Source of the DNA: Candidatus Zhuqueibacterota bacterium
Lineage (GTDB): Bacteria > BS750m-G25
Assembly: GCA_016783505.1 (NCBI GenBank)
Contig: JADHWK010000013.1
Location: 1-55,431 of the forward strand
Direction of reading: 5' to 3'
DNA: 55,431 nucleotides
The position numbers and the translations under genes were made by a program. How positions within the stretch are numbered: position 1 is the first letter of the stretch; every line of letters starts with the position of its first letter. Of the stretch, positions 8,339-18,339 are shown piece after piece. The notes beneath the pieces were generated by a model. That model worked only from the letters and a program-made list of their open reading frames with translations. It was not told where the DNA came from and did no database searches.

Positions 8339-11300
8339 TCACCGTATGACCATCACCTTGCCGATTTCCTCAGCTTTGAGCATTTTCTCGGCATTGAGCC
8401 TGGAGGGTGTCACTGCCTTGATCTTATAGAAATAAACCCCATTGGCCACCGGGTCACCGACCTCGTCGCGGCCATCCCACTTTAGCCCTTCCTGAAAATA
8501 GTTGAACCCATCTACCCCGGGCACATCCTCAATGGTCTTAATCAACCGCCCGGCTACGGTGTATATCTTAATGGAAACAGTAGCCGACTGATTCAGGGAG
8601 AAGGTAAAGGTGGTATGCTCCCGTCTGGGATTGAAGGGATTGGGGTAGTTCAACACCCCCTCCAGGGCCAATTCGGCAGTAGTGGCCACCCGGAAGTCCA
8701 GCCAGGCCGCCGACAGGTTATTCAGGTTGTCCCACACCTTCAGGCAAAGCTGATGCGGGCCCTCTGACACTCCCTCCATCTGATATAAGATTTTTCCCTT
8801 CTGATAGCTCCCCAGATCATACACGAAATATTCGGAAAGGTCTTCCTCGTGATCCCCATCCAGGATTAGCTTAATCCGGTGGCCGATGCCCCCGCTCAGG
8901 TTGATCCCGCTGGAATCGGAAATACCGGCCTCCAACAAGGGGTCCTCGTCCGTCAGGTCCCCGTCCCGGAAGCCTTTCCGCTCCAGGACCAAATCGATCT
9001 GGGGACCGATGGTATCCATCGGGGCGGCCGCTGTGCCCCCCAAGTAAATCCCATCCCGAAAGCCCACCCCATCTACCTTACGGTTATCGCTCCAGAAGTA
9101 AAGGCTAATCCGTCCCTGATTTCCCCCGTAGCTGATGTCCTTTGGAACCATAAAAGTAGAGGAAAATCGTCCCCCATCAATGGCACTCGGGCCCCGAAAC
9201 AGGGAATTACCTGGTAAAATATAGCTGATGGTGGTGCCAGCATCCGTCACATAGGTGGTGGGTTGGGCCGAATCGAACAGCTTTACAAAAACGGTCCCCT
9301 CAAAACTGATGTCTTCAACAACCTTTCCAAACAATTGCGTCCGACCCAGGGCTTTCAAGGAATCGGGGATTAGGGAGTCAATTCGGGCCTGATAGCGGGG
9401 TCGAGCCAGGACCAAGCTGGGGTCACCGAAAATAGTATAATAAGATTTTTCCCCCCCAAAATCCAAATACTTGGCTTCCATCAGGGCAATCCCTAGGCTT
9501 TGGTTCTCCTCAAAAAGACGACGGTAAAATCTCTGGACTAACCCACTATTGCTTCCGGCCGAGGTTGCCCGTGTACCCGCCAGTCCCGCTATCATCCCCC
9601 CATCCTCCAATACCAACAGGTCTTCGGGCATGGACTGTTGATGGGGATTGTCAAATTGACCGAAACTGCAGGTAAAAGCAGAGATAAAGGGCAATCGGCC
9701 TCCATTATCAAACCGGGGTAAATCTTCTGATGCTGAGAGTACGGTCTCATGGGCCCACTGCCGGGGGTGTCCGTGGCCCATGAAGTTGACCACCAGTGTT
9801 CCCCGATTAATCTGACGGATTAAATCCTGCTGGGCCTGCGGCTTACGTTTTCCAGTAGCAGTATAAACAAGCGGATACTCGACCAAATATATCTTCTTAA
9901 GATCAAAACTTTCGGGAAAAACATCTTCGGCTAAATATTCAGTGTCCCTAGTATGTTCATGTTCGTTCGGATTATCCGGCGCTTTTTCATCATCAGCCAC
10001 CAGGGTAACCGTATTCCGCCAGATGCCAAATTCGGAATCGGTTTCATATTGGATAATCTTTCCTACAACCACTTCGGCCTCCCACTCCGACCTTACCGGC
10101 ATCCGCCCGATGGCCATAGAGAGGTCATTACCCCAAAAACTGACAAACCAGTCGTCGCTACAAACACCCCTGTTTTCGTAGGGGGGGATCCAGTTCTTTT
10201 CGGCGGAGCTTTCAATATTCCGATAGTCGTAATCCCCATCCCCTACTAACAGAACCCAAGTTGGAAGATCTTCAAACCACCCCCCTGACCAATGATAAAA
10301 AGCATATTTAATAAAATCCCGGATGGCGGTGGGGTCAAATAGGCCCCAAGAGAATTCATCGTAGACATCGCTGACCTTGACAACCAAGGTCTCCAAGCGA
10401 TCAGGGCGGGTTGGATCTTCCCGTAATGTTTTCAGCGGTAGGACGGCATCGTAGAAATCGTCGTGGGCGATCACGATCAGATCAGCGGACAGCGAAGGGT
10501 CCCTGAGGCCGTTAGGGGCCATATCCGGGGGGGCATCCTCGACCATACTATCAGGAGTTTTAAACCGGGATCGGCCCACCGCTAAATAGGTTTTGAATTC
10601 ACCAGAATACACGGAATCCTGAAATGAAGTTCCCCGAATGACCCTGACGTTGTCAAAATCGGTAACATCAAAGATAAAGACATCATTATCGGTGAACCCC
10701 GCCACATCATACCGATAAAGCCCTGTTCCCCCCGGTGGGGGGTGAAAGAGGAGTTCATTGTTTACGGCCCGATAGTGCCGGTCGTAGGCAATCTCAAACC
10801 AATCCAGATAGGCCTTGCTTTCCGAACCACCGGAGTGGCACAACCGCAGAGTATTATTACCATCCCTAATGCTTATTCCGCTTCTGGTAAATGTGCCCGA
10901 TGAACTGACCGTCCCTAACCAAGCATCATTAAAATAAACTGTAAACGATCCTTCGTGAAACTTTATTGCCAGGTCAGCCCGGCCGCTGGCCGGAACATCG
11001 TTTAAATGAAGCGTGTAGGTTTTAGAGTCCTCTCCCAGAAAGACATTGCCATACCATTGGATGCCTGAATTTTCCAGATGATATAGCTCGTCCTCCCGAA
11101 AGAGATAGGAACGAAATGACCCCGCCAACACCCCAGCTCCATTAGGGGTTGATAATGAACCCATTACCTTAGGTTGGCTTCCCCCCAGGGTCAGCCAGTA
11201 GACGTTCTCATCGGTATAGCGATTGATGTAATGACTTTCCCCATCCCATCCCGAGGTGCCCTTCCCATAAAAAAGAATGTAGTCCCCATTATCAAATCGG

Positions 11301-12325
11301 TCATTCCCATCGGGGTCGTGAATGTAAATGGCGTTTTCAACTAAAGCACTATCCCTAGGGACGCTGGGGCTCCTAGTAAGTTCCCGGCCGCCGTTGTTGA
11401 ATATTTGGAGACGTGATAGATCAACGCCGCTGGGCTCTACCCCATGGGCCCGTAAAAAATCGGCTGTAATCTGGTAAATTCCTTCCTCCCTCACCTTAAG
11501 CTTATACCAGGGCCCTGGGGCCTGAAAGACTTTTCCCAACGGTCGCTTTTTAGGCTTTTTAATGACCCAATCTTTGGCTACCCCGTAATTTAAAAGATTT
11601 CGGGAATAGAGGCCCTCAGCTCCCCTTTTAATAGGCTTTACAATCCCGCCCTTCTTGTCCCCGCCCCGGAAGCTAATTTCCACCACCATCTTTTGATACT
11701 CACGAATGAGGTCTTGACCGGGTAGATATTGAAGCGGATATAGAAAAATCCGGACGATGGAGTATTTGCGGAACCTCCCCCTTTCAATTCTAGCCAGTTG
11801 GGCCGGGGAAAAATGCTCAGAGCGGTAAAAATCCCGGTCAAATTCATAAACAGGCCGGTCAAACCCCTGCTCGTCGGTTTCTAACCTGGAATGGGGCAGC
11901 AGCCGAACATCCCCCCGCTCACCAAATTCGGTGCTGATGATTCGCAGGCTCACTTCAGCCCCGGGCGGGATGGCCACCATGGCCCTCCTCACTGGAAGAT
12001 GAGCAGTTCCGGTCTTCCCCTCAAACCCACAATGGTCGAACCGGAACAGAATCGCCCTGGATCCATTAATGGTAAACCCATCTTCCCCCAGCTTCCGGGG
12101 TGAGAACTCCAACACTATCCCCCGCTCATCTGAGCGAAGGACCCTGAGATCATCCTCCGCAGGGTTGATACGATCGGGTACGACCCCGGGCAAACTCATT
12201 CCTGATCGTTTCTGGGATTCTGACCCCCCGGCCCGTAGGGATAAAGTTCCATCCCGAAAAGGATCGTTGCCAACGAATAAAAAGGCGACCAGAAAACCGA
12301 TTTTTATCCAACCAAATCTCTTCAT
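8339..12325 (-). CDS. porU: T9SS sortase PorU (peptidase C25, gingipain-like)
   Basis: C25 propeptide-like N-terminus; VYDEFSWG..DPTAIR, LLVGDG.YD, IGRMP, catalytic FMGHG and FTCS.G.FD; LNYPNPF CTD; adjacent to porV. Confidence 0.9.
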   Translation of the reverse strand: MKRFGWIKIGFLVAFLFVGNDPFRDGTLSLRAGGSESQKRSGMSLPGVVPDRINPAEDDLRVLRSDERGIVLEFSPRKLGEDGFTINGSRAILFRFDHCGFEGKTGTAHLPVRRAMVAIPPGAEVSLRIISTEFGERGDVRLLPHSRLETDEQGFDRPVYEFDRDFYRSEHFSPAQLARIERGRFRKYSIVRIFLYPLQYLPGQDLIREYQKMVVEISFRGGDKKGGIVKPIKRGAEGLYSRNLLNYGVAKDWVIKKPKKRPLGKVFQAPGPWYKLKVREEGIYQITADFLRAHGVEPSGVDLSRLQIFNNGGRELTRSPSVPRDSALVENAIYIHDPDGNDRFDNGDYILFYGKGTSGWDGESHYINRYTDENVYWLTLGGSQPKVMGSLSTPNGAGVLAGSFRSYLFREDELYHLENSGIQWYGNVFLGEDSKTYTLHLNDVPASGRADLAIKFHEGSFTVYFNDAWLGTVSSSGTFTRSGISIRDGNNTLRLCHSGGSESKAYLDWFEIAYDRHYRAVNNELLFHPPPGGTGLYRYDVAGFTDNDVFIFDVTDFDNVRVIRGTSFQDSVYSGEFKTYLAVGRSRFKTPDSMVEDAPPDMAPNGLRDPSLSADLIVIAHDDFYDAVLPLKTLREDPTRPDRLETLVVKVSDVYDEFSWGLFDPTAIRDFIKYAFYHWSGGWFEDLPTWVLLVGDGDYDYRNIESSAEKNWIPPYENRGVCSDDWFVSFWGNDLSMAIGRMPVRSEWEAEVVVGKIIQYETDSEFGIWRNTVTLVADDEKAPDNPNEHEHTRDTEYLAEDVFPESFDLKKIYLVEYPLVYTATGKRKPQAQQDLIRQINRGTLVVNFMGHGHPRQWAHETVLSASEDLPRFDNGGRLPFISAFTCSFGQFDNPHQQSMPEDLLVLEDGGMIAGLAGTRATSAGSNSGLVQRFYRRLFEENQSLGIALMEAKYLDFGGEKSYYTIFGDPSLVLARPRYQARIDSLIPDSLKALGRTQLFGKVVEDISFEGTVFVKLFDSAQPTTYVTDAGTTISYILPGNSLFRGPSAIDGGRFSSTFMVPKDISYGGNQGRISLYFWSDNRKVDGVGFRDGIYLGGTAAAPMDTIGPQIDLVLERKGFRDGDLTDEDPLLEAGISDSSGINLSGGIGHRIKLILDGDHEEDLSEYFVYDLGSYQKGKILYQMEGVSEGPHQLCLKVWDNLNNLSAAWLDFRVATTAELALEGVLNYPNPFNPRREHTTFTFSLNQSATVSIKIYTVAGRLIKTIEDVPGVDGFNYFQEGLKWDGRDEVGDPVANGVYFYKIKAVTPSRLNAEKMLKAEEIGKVMVIR

Positions 12326-12337
12326 CGCATCGGGATT

Positions 12338-12373
12338 AACAAAAAACCGAACATTCGCCCTGAAAGTTCGGTT
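12338..12373 (-). terminator. Intrinsic terminator-like hairpin about 13 nt upstream of the porU start
   Basis: AACCGAAC-N13-GTTCGGTT followed by TTTTGTT on the minus strand. Confidence 0.65.
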
Positions 12374-12376
12374 AGA

Positions 12377-12528
12377 TTAACCCTCCTCTGCTAAAGGCAA
12401 ATGCGGAATTTTCAACAGGAAACAACGAACTAATTCTGCCCCCGGGGTTATTAAAATCTATCCGCTTTGCGGGATAGATCCGGAAGACAGAGCAAAAAGT
12501 TTCGCCAAAGCCTTTAACAAAGGGTTAA
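12377..12528 (-). ncRNA. Candidate structured RNA (long rod with internal loop; 6S-like RNA or attenuator leader)
   Basis: Nested stems UUAACCCU/AGGGUUAA, UUGUUAAAGGC/GCCUUUAGCAG, UCUGUCUUC/GGGGGCAGA, AUCUAUCC/GGAUAGAU. G-U pairs work only on the minus strand. Lies between a promoter and a terminator. Confidence 0.55.
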
Positions 12529-12550
12529 TTGCACTCCAAATTTTCCAGTT

Positions 12551-12579
12551 AATTTACCAAATAAAAACTAAAAAGTCAA
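12551..12579 (-). promoter_or_regulatory. Sigma70-type promoter TTGACT-N17-TAAATT
   Basis: -35 at 12574-12579, -10 at 12551-12556, exact 17-nt spacer; -35 overlapped by palindrome GTCAAGA-N4-TCTTGAC (12575-12592). Confidence 0.65.
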
Positions 12580-12600
12580 GATTTTTCTTGACCTCTTGGG

Positions 12601-12765
12601 TTAAAACTTCTCGGCCTCGTCTATCAACATGATGGGAATGTCATCCTTGATGGAATATTTCAGTCGGCAGGCATGACAGATCAGCTTCTCGTTTTCCCGA
12701 TCGTATTCTAAGTCTCCCTTGCATTTGGGGCAGGCGAGAATATCCAACAGTTCTTTATCCAACAT
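12601..12765 (-). CDS. Trm112/YcaR (UPF0434) family protein, 54 aa
   Basis: Below ORF-track cutoff. [54 protein letters not shown] with CxxC...CxxC and IP.ML..EA; SD GAGGAGG. Confidence 0.9.
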   Translation of the reverse strand: MLDKELLDILACPKCKGDLEYDRENEKLICHACRLKYSIKDDIPIMLIDEAEKF

Positions 12766-12783
12766 TTTTCCCTCCTCACTGGG

Positions 12784-13197
12784 TTATACCTGGGCGTTGG
12801 CAAGCGCCTTTTTTAAAATAGTAACAAAATTTTTTGGGGGCCGGCGGGGACTACCCTGCCTGTTTAAAAAGGCATGTACCGTATATCCTTCCCCCACTAA
12901 CCCACCATCTTTTAAGATCAGATATTCCACTTTGAGCTTGGCCTGGGGGCACTCCCGGATCATCACCTTCACCTTAAGCTCATCGTCATAGCGGGCCGGG
13001 AGTCTATAGCGGCAGTAGGCTTCGATGACGGGCATGAAGACCCCCTGCTCTTCCAACGTCTTGTAGGGAATGCCCAGCTTTCGCATCAGCTCGACCCGGC
13101 CCCACTCGAACCACTCGAAGTATCTACTGTGATAGACTACCCCCATCTGATCGGTGTCGGCGTACCGAACTCGTATAGGAATCTCGTGACTGACCAT
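12784..13197 (-). CDS. YbgC/FadM-family acyl-CoA thioesterase
   Basis: RVRYADTDQMGVVYHSRY hot-dog-fold motif. Confidence 0.85.
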   Translation of the reverse strand: MVSHEIPIRVRYADTDQMGVVYHSRYFEWFEWGRVELMRKLGIPYKTLEEQGVFMPVIEAYCRYRLPARYDDELKVKVMIRECPQAKLKVEYLILKDGGLVGEGYTVHAFLNRQGSPRRPPKNFVTILKKALANAQV

Positions 13198-13208
13198 TTT
13201 AAACAGGA

Positions 13209-14225
13209 TTACTCCTCCCAGAATCCTATTCGACCAAATTTTTCCAACCGCCTCTCAATTAACTCCTCTACTGGAATTTTTCCAAGGTCGTCAAGTTCAT
13301 CCAAGATCCTCTTTTTTAAAATTTCAGCCATACCATCGACATCCCGGTGAGCCCCCCCCAGGGGTTCGGGAATGATCCCGTCAATGATGCCCATCTTCAA
13401 CAAATCCAGGGGGGTCAGCTTCAGGTTCTCAGCTGCCTTTTCTGCTTTTCCTGCGTCCCGATAAAGGATGGAGGCACAGCCCTCGGGGGAGATCACCGAA
13501 TAGATGGCGTTTTCCAGCATCAGCACCCGGTTCCCCACCCCTAAGGCCAGGGCCCCGCCGCTCCCCCCCTCGCCGATAATAACCACCAGGATGGGCACCT
13601 GCAGACGGGACATGGTAAACAGGTTTTTGGCAATAGCCTCAGCCTGGCCCCTCTCCTCGGCCCCGATGCCCGGATAAGCCCCCGGTGTATCCACCAGGGT
13701 AACCACCGGCTTGCCAAACTTGGCCGCCAGCTCCATTACCCTTCGGGTCTTTCGATAACCCTCAGGATGCGGCTGGCCAAAATTACGGTAGAGGCGTTCC
13801 TTGGTGTCACGTCCCTTTTGATGACCCACCAATACCACCGACCGTCCGTCCAGGGGGGCTAGCCCCGCCACGATAGCCTTATCATCGGCGAAGGTGCGAT
13901 CCCCGTGAAGTTCGATGAACCCTGGGGAGATTCGCTTTATATAATCCAGTGTATAAGGCCGATTGGGATGGCGGGCCAATTGAACCCTCTGCCAGGGACT
14001 GAGGTTGGAATAAACCTCCCTGCGAAGCCTTTCCGCTTTCTTCTCCAGCCTTTTGATCTCGTCGGCCACCCCCACGTTTCCCTGGCGGAAGATCGCCTGG
14101 AGTTCACCAATCTTAATCTCCAGTTCGATCACCGGCTTTTCAAATTCTAATACCGGTCCCGGAAAGAGGTTGGGGTCCGAACGATTTGTGTTGGGGATCT
14201 TATCCGACACAGCCACAGGTGTCAC
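13209..14225 (-). CDS. accA: Acetyl-CoA carboxylase carboxyltransferase alpha subunit
   Basis: [49 protein letters not shown] motifs; exact start uncertain. Confidence 0.95.
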   Translation of the reverse strand: MTPVAVSDKIPNTNRSDPNLFPGPVLEFEKPVIELEIKIGELQAIFRQGNVGVADEIKRLEKKAERLRREVYSNLSPWQRVQLARHPNRPYTLDYIKRISPGFIELHGDRTFADDKAIVAGLAPLDGRSVVLVGHQKGRDTKERLYRNFGQPHPEGYRKTRRVMELAAKFGKPVVTLVDTPGAYPGIGAEERGQAEAIAKNLFTMSRLQVPILVVIIGEGGSGGALALGVGNRVLMLENAIYSVISPEGCASILYRDAGKAEKAAENLKLTPLDLLKMGIIDGIIPEPLGGAHRDVDGMAEILKKRILDELDDLGKIPVEELIERRLEKFGRIGFWEE

Positions 14226-14253
14226 CTTAAAAAGTAGGAATGTGATGTAAGGC

Positions 14254-15897
14254 TTATCTATTTAAAACAAGATTCTTAATTTGCTTTATTGATTTCAAAA
14301 GCCCCCTTTTCACCCGATACTCCACACTCAAAAAGGGAAGAGGGTGCCCGTCCTCGGACTCGGGGTCAAACCGGGCGGGAATAATCTTGAAGTTTAATCC
14401 CTTCTTTCCCGATTGAGCCACAGTACGCAGGATGTCCTCATAGCTCAGGCTCTGGGTGGAAAAGATGATCTCCTCAGCTCCTTCCTCCCTGGCAACCCGA
14501 TCCAGCTCATCCAGCCCCCCCAGGACCTCATGGCCGGCAAACATTTGTCCCCGATTACGTCCATCGCAGTCTATGAAGCCCACCACTTCATAAATATTCG
14601 ACCGGTCATGGGCTAATTGACCGACTATCCTTCGTCCCAGATCATCGGTACCCACAACTAGTGTCTTATGTCGCAAATATCTATGACCGATAGGTGTTCT
14701 TTTCGCCAGGACCAAAAGCAGCCTCCACCCCGGTATCAAGACCAGACTGAATAGACCGGCATAGATTACCACCAGGCGCGAGTAGGCATATTGTTTAAAG
14801 AAGAACGTCCAGGCGGAATTAATCAGGGAACCGGATAGGGAAGCCAGGGCTGAAAACCGGACCGAACTTCTCCTGCGTCCATACAACCCAAAGTACACGA
14901 AACAGACCATCCAGACAAGGGAATACACTCCCACCACCAGCAGGTAACCTGTGGTGTAGATAAGGGTCCCAAAACGTAGTTCGATGGCCAGCACCAGAGC
15001 CAGGACCGTCAAGGCCAGATCGAACCCCGGGATACCCAGCAAACCCAGCGCCCTTCGCAGAAAGGAAAGCCCGGCACGGATACCGATGCCCACCGAGATC
15101 AAGCCATTGGCCGCAAAGGAGTAGCGGGATCTGAAGTGTTTTCTGACAAATTGATGCATGGCCTGGTAGAACAGCCGCTGGGTATCTAGCCGACTAGCCC
15201 GGGCGCTCTCCCCCTTATAATGAATGATGGCGGTAGTAGGTACATAATAGATCTTCCACCCTGCTTTCTTGATCCGGTAGCACCAATCCAGGTCCTCCCC
15301 GTACATGAAGAAGTCCTCATCAAATCCACCCACCCCTTCATAAACCTGACGCCGGATCATCATGAAGGATCCAGAGATGGCATCTACCTCACTAATTTGA
15401 TTTTCGTCCAGATAAGTAAGATTATACCGGCCCCAGAGGTGGCTTTTTGGAAACAGGTCGCTCAGCCCCACGATCTTGGCAAACCCCACCATCGGGGTGG
15501 GAAAACTCCTCCGACAGGCAAGCTGCAACCCCCCATCTGGGTTTAAGATCTTACATCCCACCATTCCGGCTACAGGATGACCCTCAAAGAACGACATCAT
15601 TTTGGAGACTGTATCCTCCTGAACCATTGTATCTGGATTGATCAGCAGGATATAGTCTCCCCCGCAGAGCCGCAAGGCCTGATTATTGGCCCGTCCGAAC
15701 CCCACGTTTTCAGAATTAGCGATCAGCTTAAGTGCTGGAAACCTATTGCGGATCAGCTCTGGGCTGCCGTCAGTGGAGTGGTTATCCACCACAAAAATCT
15801 CATGACGTAGCCCCTTCAGGGCCTTCAGGAGAGAGAGGATAGCCCGCTCTAAAAAATATTTAACGTTGTAGCTAACGATGATGACCGAAACGTCCAT
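14254..15897 (-). CDS. GT2 glycosyltransferase fused to TM helices and a Rossmann-like (CoA-binding) domain
   Basis: [38 protein letters not shown]; start moved to ATG 15897 because the upstream extension reads through a repeat array. Confidence 0.85.
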   Translation of the reverse strand: MDVSVIIVSYNVKYFLERAILSLLKALKGLRHEIFVVDNHSTDGSPELIRNRFPALKLIANSENVGFGRANNQALRLCGGDYILLINPDTMVQEDTVSKMMSFFEGHPVAGMVGCKILNPDGGLQLACRRSFPTPMVGFAKIVGLSDLFPKSHLWGRYNLTYLDENQISEVDAISGSFMMIRRQVYEGVGGFDEDFFMYGEDLDWCYRIKKAGWKIYYVPTTAIIHYKGESARASRLDTQRLFYQAMHQFVRKHFRSRYSFAANGLISVGIGIRAGLSFLRRALGLLGIPGFDLALTVLALVLAIELRFGTLIYTTGYLLVVGVYSLVWMVCFVYFGLYGRRRSSVRFSALASLSGSLINSAWTFFFKQYAYSRLVVIYAGLFSLVLIPGWRLLLVLAKRTPIGHRYLRHKTLVVGTDDLGRRIVGQLAHDRSNIYEVVGFIDCDGRNRGQMFAGHEVLGGLDELDRVAREEGAEEIIFSTQSLSYEDILRTVAQSGKKGLNFKIIPARFDPESEDGHPLPFLSVEYRVKRGLLKSIKQIKNLVLNR

Positions 15898-15950
15898 CCT
15901 GACATCCCTCGTCCGAAACCGAGAACATAGCTTCGGAAACTTATTATACA

Positions 15951-16018
15951 AGTAGGCAAGTGGCAATAGGCAGTAAGTAATAAAAATATTGCCTACCGTC
16001 AACTGCCTACTGTCAACT
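15951..16018. repeat. Inverted 7-nt repeat arrays (AGTAGGC/AGTTGAC type)
   Basis: AGTAGGCAAGTGGCAATAGGCAGT versus ATTGCCTACCGTCAACTGCCTACTGTCAACT. Confidence 0.7.
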
Positions 16019-16086
16019 TTGAGTTTTATTGATTAACAGTAATTCTCTAAAAAACAAATCATTTATAGAAATTCAGAGACATCCAA

Positions 16087-16809
16087 TTATAGTCGACCCA
16101 ATAAGCTTCGAATCTTCAACTTCCACACCATCAGCACCGCCTCCCTGATGATCTTTTTGGACATTTTGGAATGTCCCACCTGGCGGTCGGTAAAAATTAT
16201 AGGAATTTCGCCGATCCTAAACCCCTTCTTCCAAGCCCGGAAATTCATCTCGATCTGAAACGAATATCCCCCTGAGCGGATGCCATCCAGATCCAGGGCC
16301 TCCAGCACCCCCCTCCGAAAGCATTTAAAGCCGGTAGTCTGATCCTTGAGGGGGAGACCGGTGACCAGCCGTGTGTAAATAGAAGCCCCCACTGAAAGGA
16401 TCAACCGCCTTAGGGGCCAGTTGATCACCCGGACCCCACCTACGTAGCGGGAACCGATGACTACAGCATAATCCCCCATCTTCTCAATAAAGTGGGGAAT
16501 CTCCTGGGGATCGTGGGAAAAATCAGCGTCCATCTCGAAAATATAATCATAACGCTTCCTAATGGCAAATTTGAACCCGGCCACATAAGCGGTGCCCAAC
16601 CCCATCTTCCCCTTTCTCTGGATCAGGTGAAGACGGCCGTCGTATCGGGCCAGGTTGCGTTTGATCAATTGACCTGTTCCATCGGGAGAGTTATCGTCAA
16701 CGACCAGCACATCCACCGGCAAATCCAGCCAAAAGATCTCCATAATGAGCTTTAGGATGTTCTCAGCTTCGTTATATGTAGGAATAATGACAAGCGTTTT
16801 TTTGTCCAT
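16087..16809 (-). CDS. Polyprenol-monophosphomannose synthase (GT2, Dpm1-like)
   Basis: IIPTYNE, VVDDNSPDGT, GLGTAY..GF, MDADFSH, GSRY, GYSFQIE; ATG overlaps the rmlD stop (TGATG). Confidence 0.9.
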   Translation of the reverse strand: MDKKTLVIIPTYNEAENILKLIMEIFWLDLPVDVLVVDDNSPDGTGQLIKRNLARYDGRLHLIQRKGKMGLGTAYVAGFKFAIRKRYDYIFEMDADFSHDPQEIPHFIEKMGDYAVVIGSRYVGGVRVINWPLRRLILSVGASIYTRLVTGLPLKDQTTGFKCFRRGVLEALDLDGIRSGGYSFQIEMNFRAWKKGFRIGEIPIIFTDRQVGHSKMSKKIIREAVLMVWKLKIRSLLGRL

Positions 16810-17717
16810 CAGCACCCCATCTGAGAGGCCATAACTTTAAGACTTTCCTCAACGTTCATGAATTTATGCCCCAGCTCCCCCTCTGCCTTTTTTAGAATAA
16901 AACCCGACTTCAAGGGTCTTTTGGCCTTCTGATCCAGCTCATCCGTTTTAGCTGGGTGAATCAAAGCGCAGTCCAGCGAAAAAAAACGGGCAATTTTCAG
17001 GGCGAACCGATAGCGGGAGGTTCGCTCCCGGCCGCACATATGATAGACCCCACTACGACCCAGGATCAAGACCCGCTTTATAGCCCGGGCCAAATCATCG
17101 GCCAAGGTGGGATTCCCCTCCTGATCGTCCACAATCCGTACCATTTCACCGTATTTAAGCCGATCCATCAGCCAGGTGACAAAATTAGCCCTCACCCCCT
17201 TGGCCCAACCGTAAAGGATCATGGTCCTTATAATCGTATAACTAATCCCGCTTTCTTGAAGGATTTTTTCGCTTTTCAACTTGGATTTTCCATAAACACC
17301 TAAGGGGTTTGGGGTATCTTCCTCTCGATAAGGCCCCCTTTTCCCATCAAAAACATAATCACTGGATAGTTGAACCACCCTGGCCCCAACCCCCCGGGCC
17401 GCTTGAACCAGATTTTTAACCCCCCCCACGTTAACCCGAAAACAAAGCTCAGGACTTTTTTCACAGCCATCCACATCGGTGTAGGCTGCAGTATTAATAA
17501 TGACATCCGGCTTTATGACCCGGACAAGCTCTTTTACGCTCTTCTCCTCGGTGATATCCAGGGGGAAGTAATGAAAACTCGTTTGATCCGAAAAGATTGT
17601 AGAAGTTCCCAAGTCTACACCATAGATCCGATGGGTCGCTTTTAAAACCCCCACCAATTTCTGCCCTAAAAGACCATGGCATCCAGTAATTAGCACCTTT
17701 TCAGGTGAAGAGATCAT
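16809..17717 (-). CDS. rmlD: dTDP-4-dehydrorhamnose reductase
   Basis: ITG..GLLG, AAYTDVD.CE, SSDYVFDG, YGKSK, DQ.GNPT. Confidence 0.85.
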   Translation of the reverse strand: MISSPEKVLITGCHGLLGQKLVGVLKATHRIYGVDLGTSTIFSDQTSFHYFPLDITEEKSVKELVRVIKPDVIINTAAYTDVDGCEKSPELCFRVNVGGVKNLVQAARGVGARVVQLSSDYVFDGKRGPYREEDTPNPLGVYGKSKLKSEKILQESGISYTIIRTMILYGWAKGVRANFVTWLMDRLKYGEMVRIVDDQEGNPTLADDLARAIKRVLILGRSGVYHMCGRERTSRYRFALKIARFFSLDCALIHPAKTDELDQKAKRPLKSGFILKKAEGELGHKFMNVEESLKVMASQMGC

Positions 17718-17722
17718 AATAG

Positions 17723-18196
17723 TTATACCGTCGGAATCTTAGACCCCCCTTTGCGAAACTCGATTATTTTATGTTTCAGATTCTCATCCTTTAAGGCCAA
17801 TATTTCAGCGGCCAAGATAGCCGCATTTTTTGCCCCGGGCACCCCGATGGAGACGGTGGCCACCGGCACCCCGCCCGGCATTTGCACTGTGGAGAGCAGG
17901 GCATCCTGCCCCCCCAGTTCGGAGGCCACCAGGGGGACCCCAATAACCGGCAGGACAGTGCGGGCGGCGATGGCCCCGGCCAGGTGGGCGGCCATACCAG
18001 CCCCGGCAATGATAACCTCCAGTCCCTGACCCTGGGCACCTTCGGCAAATTGGACCAACTCTTGGGGGGTTCTATGAGCTGATAGCACCTTGCTGAGGTA
18101 CACGATTTCAAAATAGTCCAGCACCTTCCGGGTCTCTCCCATCACCCACCAGTCCCTTTGACTACCCACCACCACTGCTACCCTTGGTTTCTTCAT
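17723..18196 (-). CDS. purE: N5-CAIR mutase
   Basis: SAHRTP, IAGAGMAAHL, PVIGVP, VQMP.GVPVATV. Confidence 0.95.
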   Translation of the reverse strand: MKKPRVAVVVGSQRDWWVMGETRKVLDYFEIVYLSKVLSAHRTPQELVQFAEGAQGQGLEVIIAGAGMAAHLAGAIAARTVLPVIGVPLVASELGGQDALLSTVQMPGGVPVATVSIGVPGAKNAAILAAEILALKDENLKHKIIEFRKGGSKIPTV

Positions 18197-18339
18197 AATT
18201 TTATGCCTTTTTATTTTTGAATTGCTTAAAAATCATTTGAATCTATCTATTTTAAAGGTAGCCCTTTCTGGAAAAGTTCATCCTAGATTCGGAAAATTTA
18301 CTTATGACATTGGTGCAAGGTGGTGAAACCCTTGAGAAA

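Noticed and set aside
12377-12528. c-di-GMP-I riboswitch or SRP RNA assignment (GGCGAAAC, CGCAAAGC motifs)
   Set aside because: Spacing and stems do not fit the GEMM architecture, and the SRP domain IV motif is absent; kept only as an unassigned structured RNA.
15898-16002. N-terminal extension of the GT2 ORF
   Set aside because: Translates an intergenic repeat array; family homology begins at MDVSVII.
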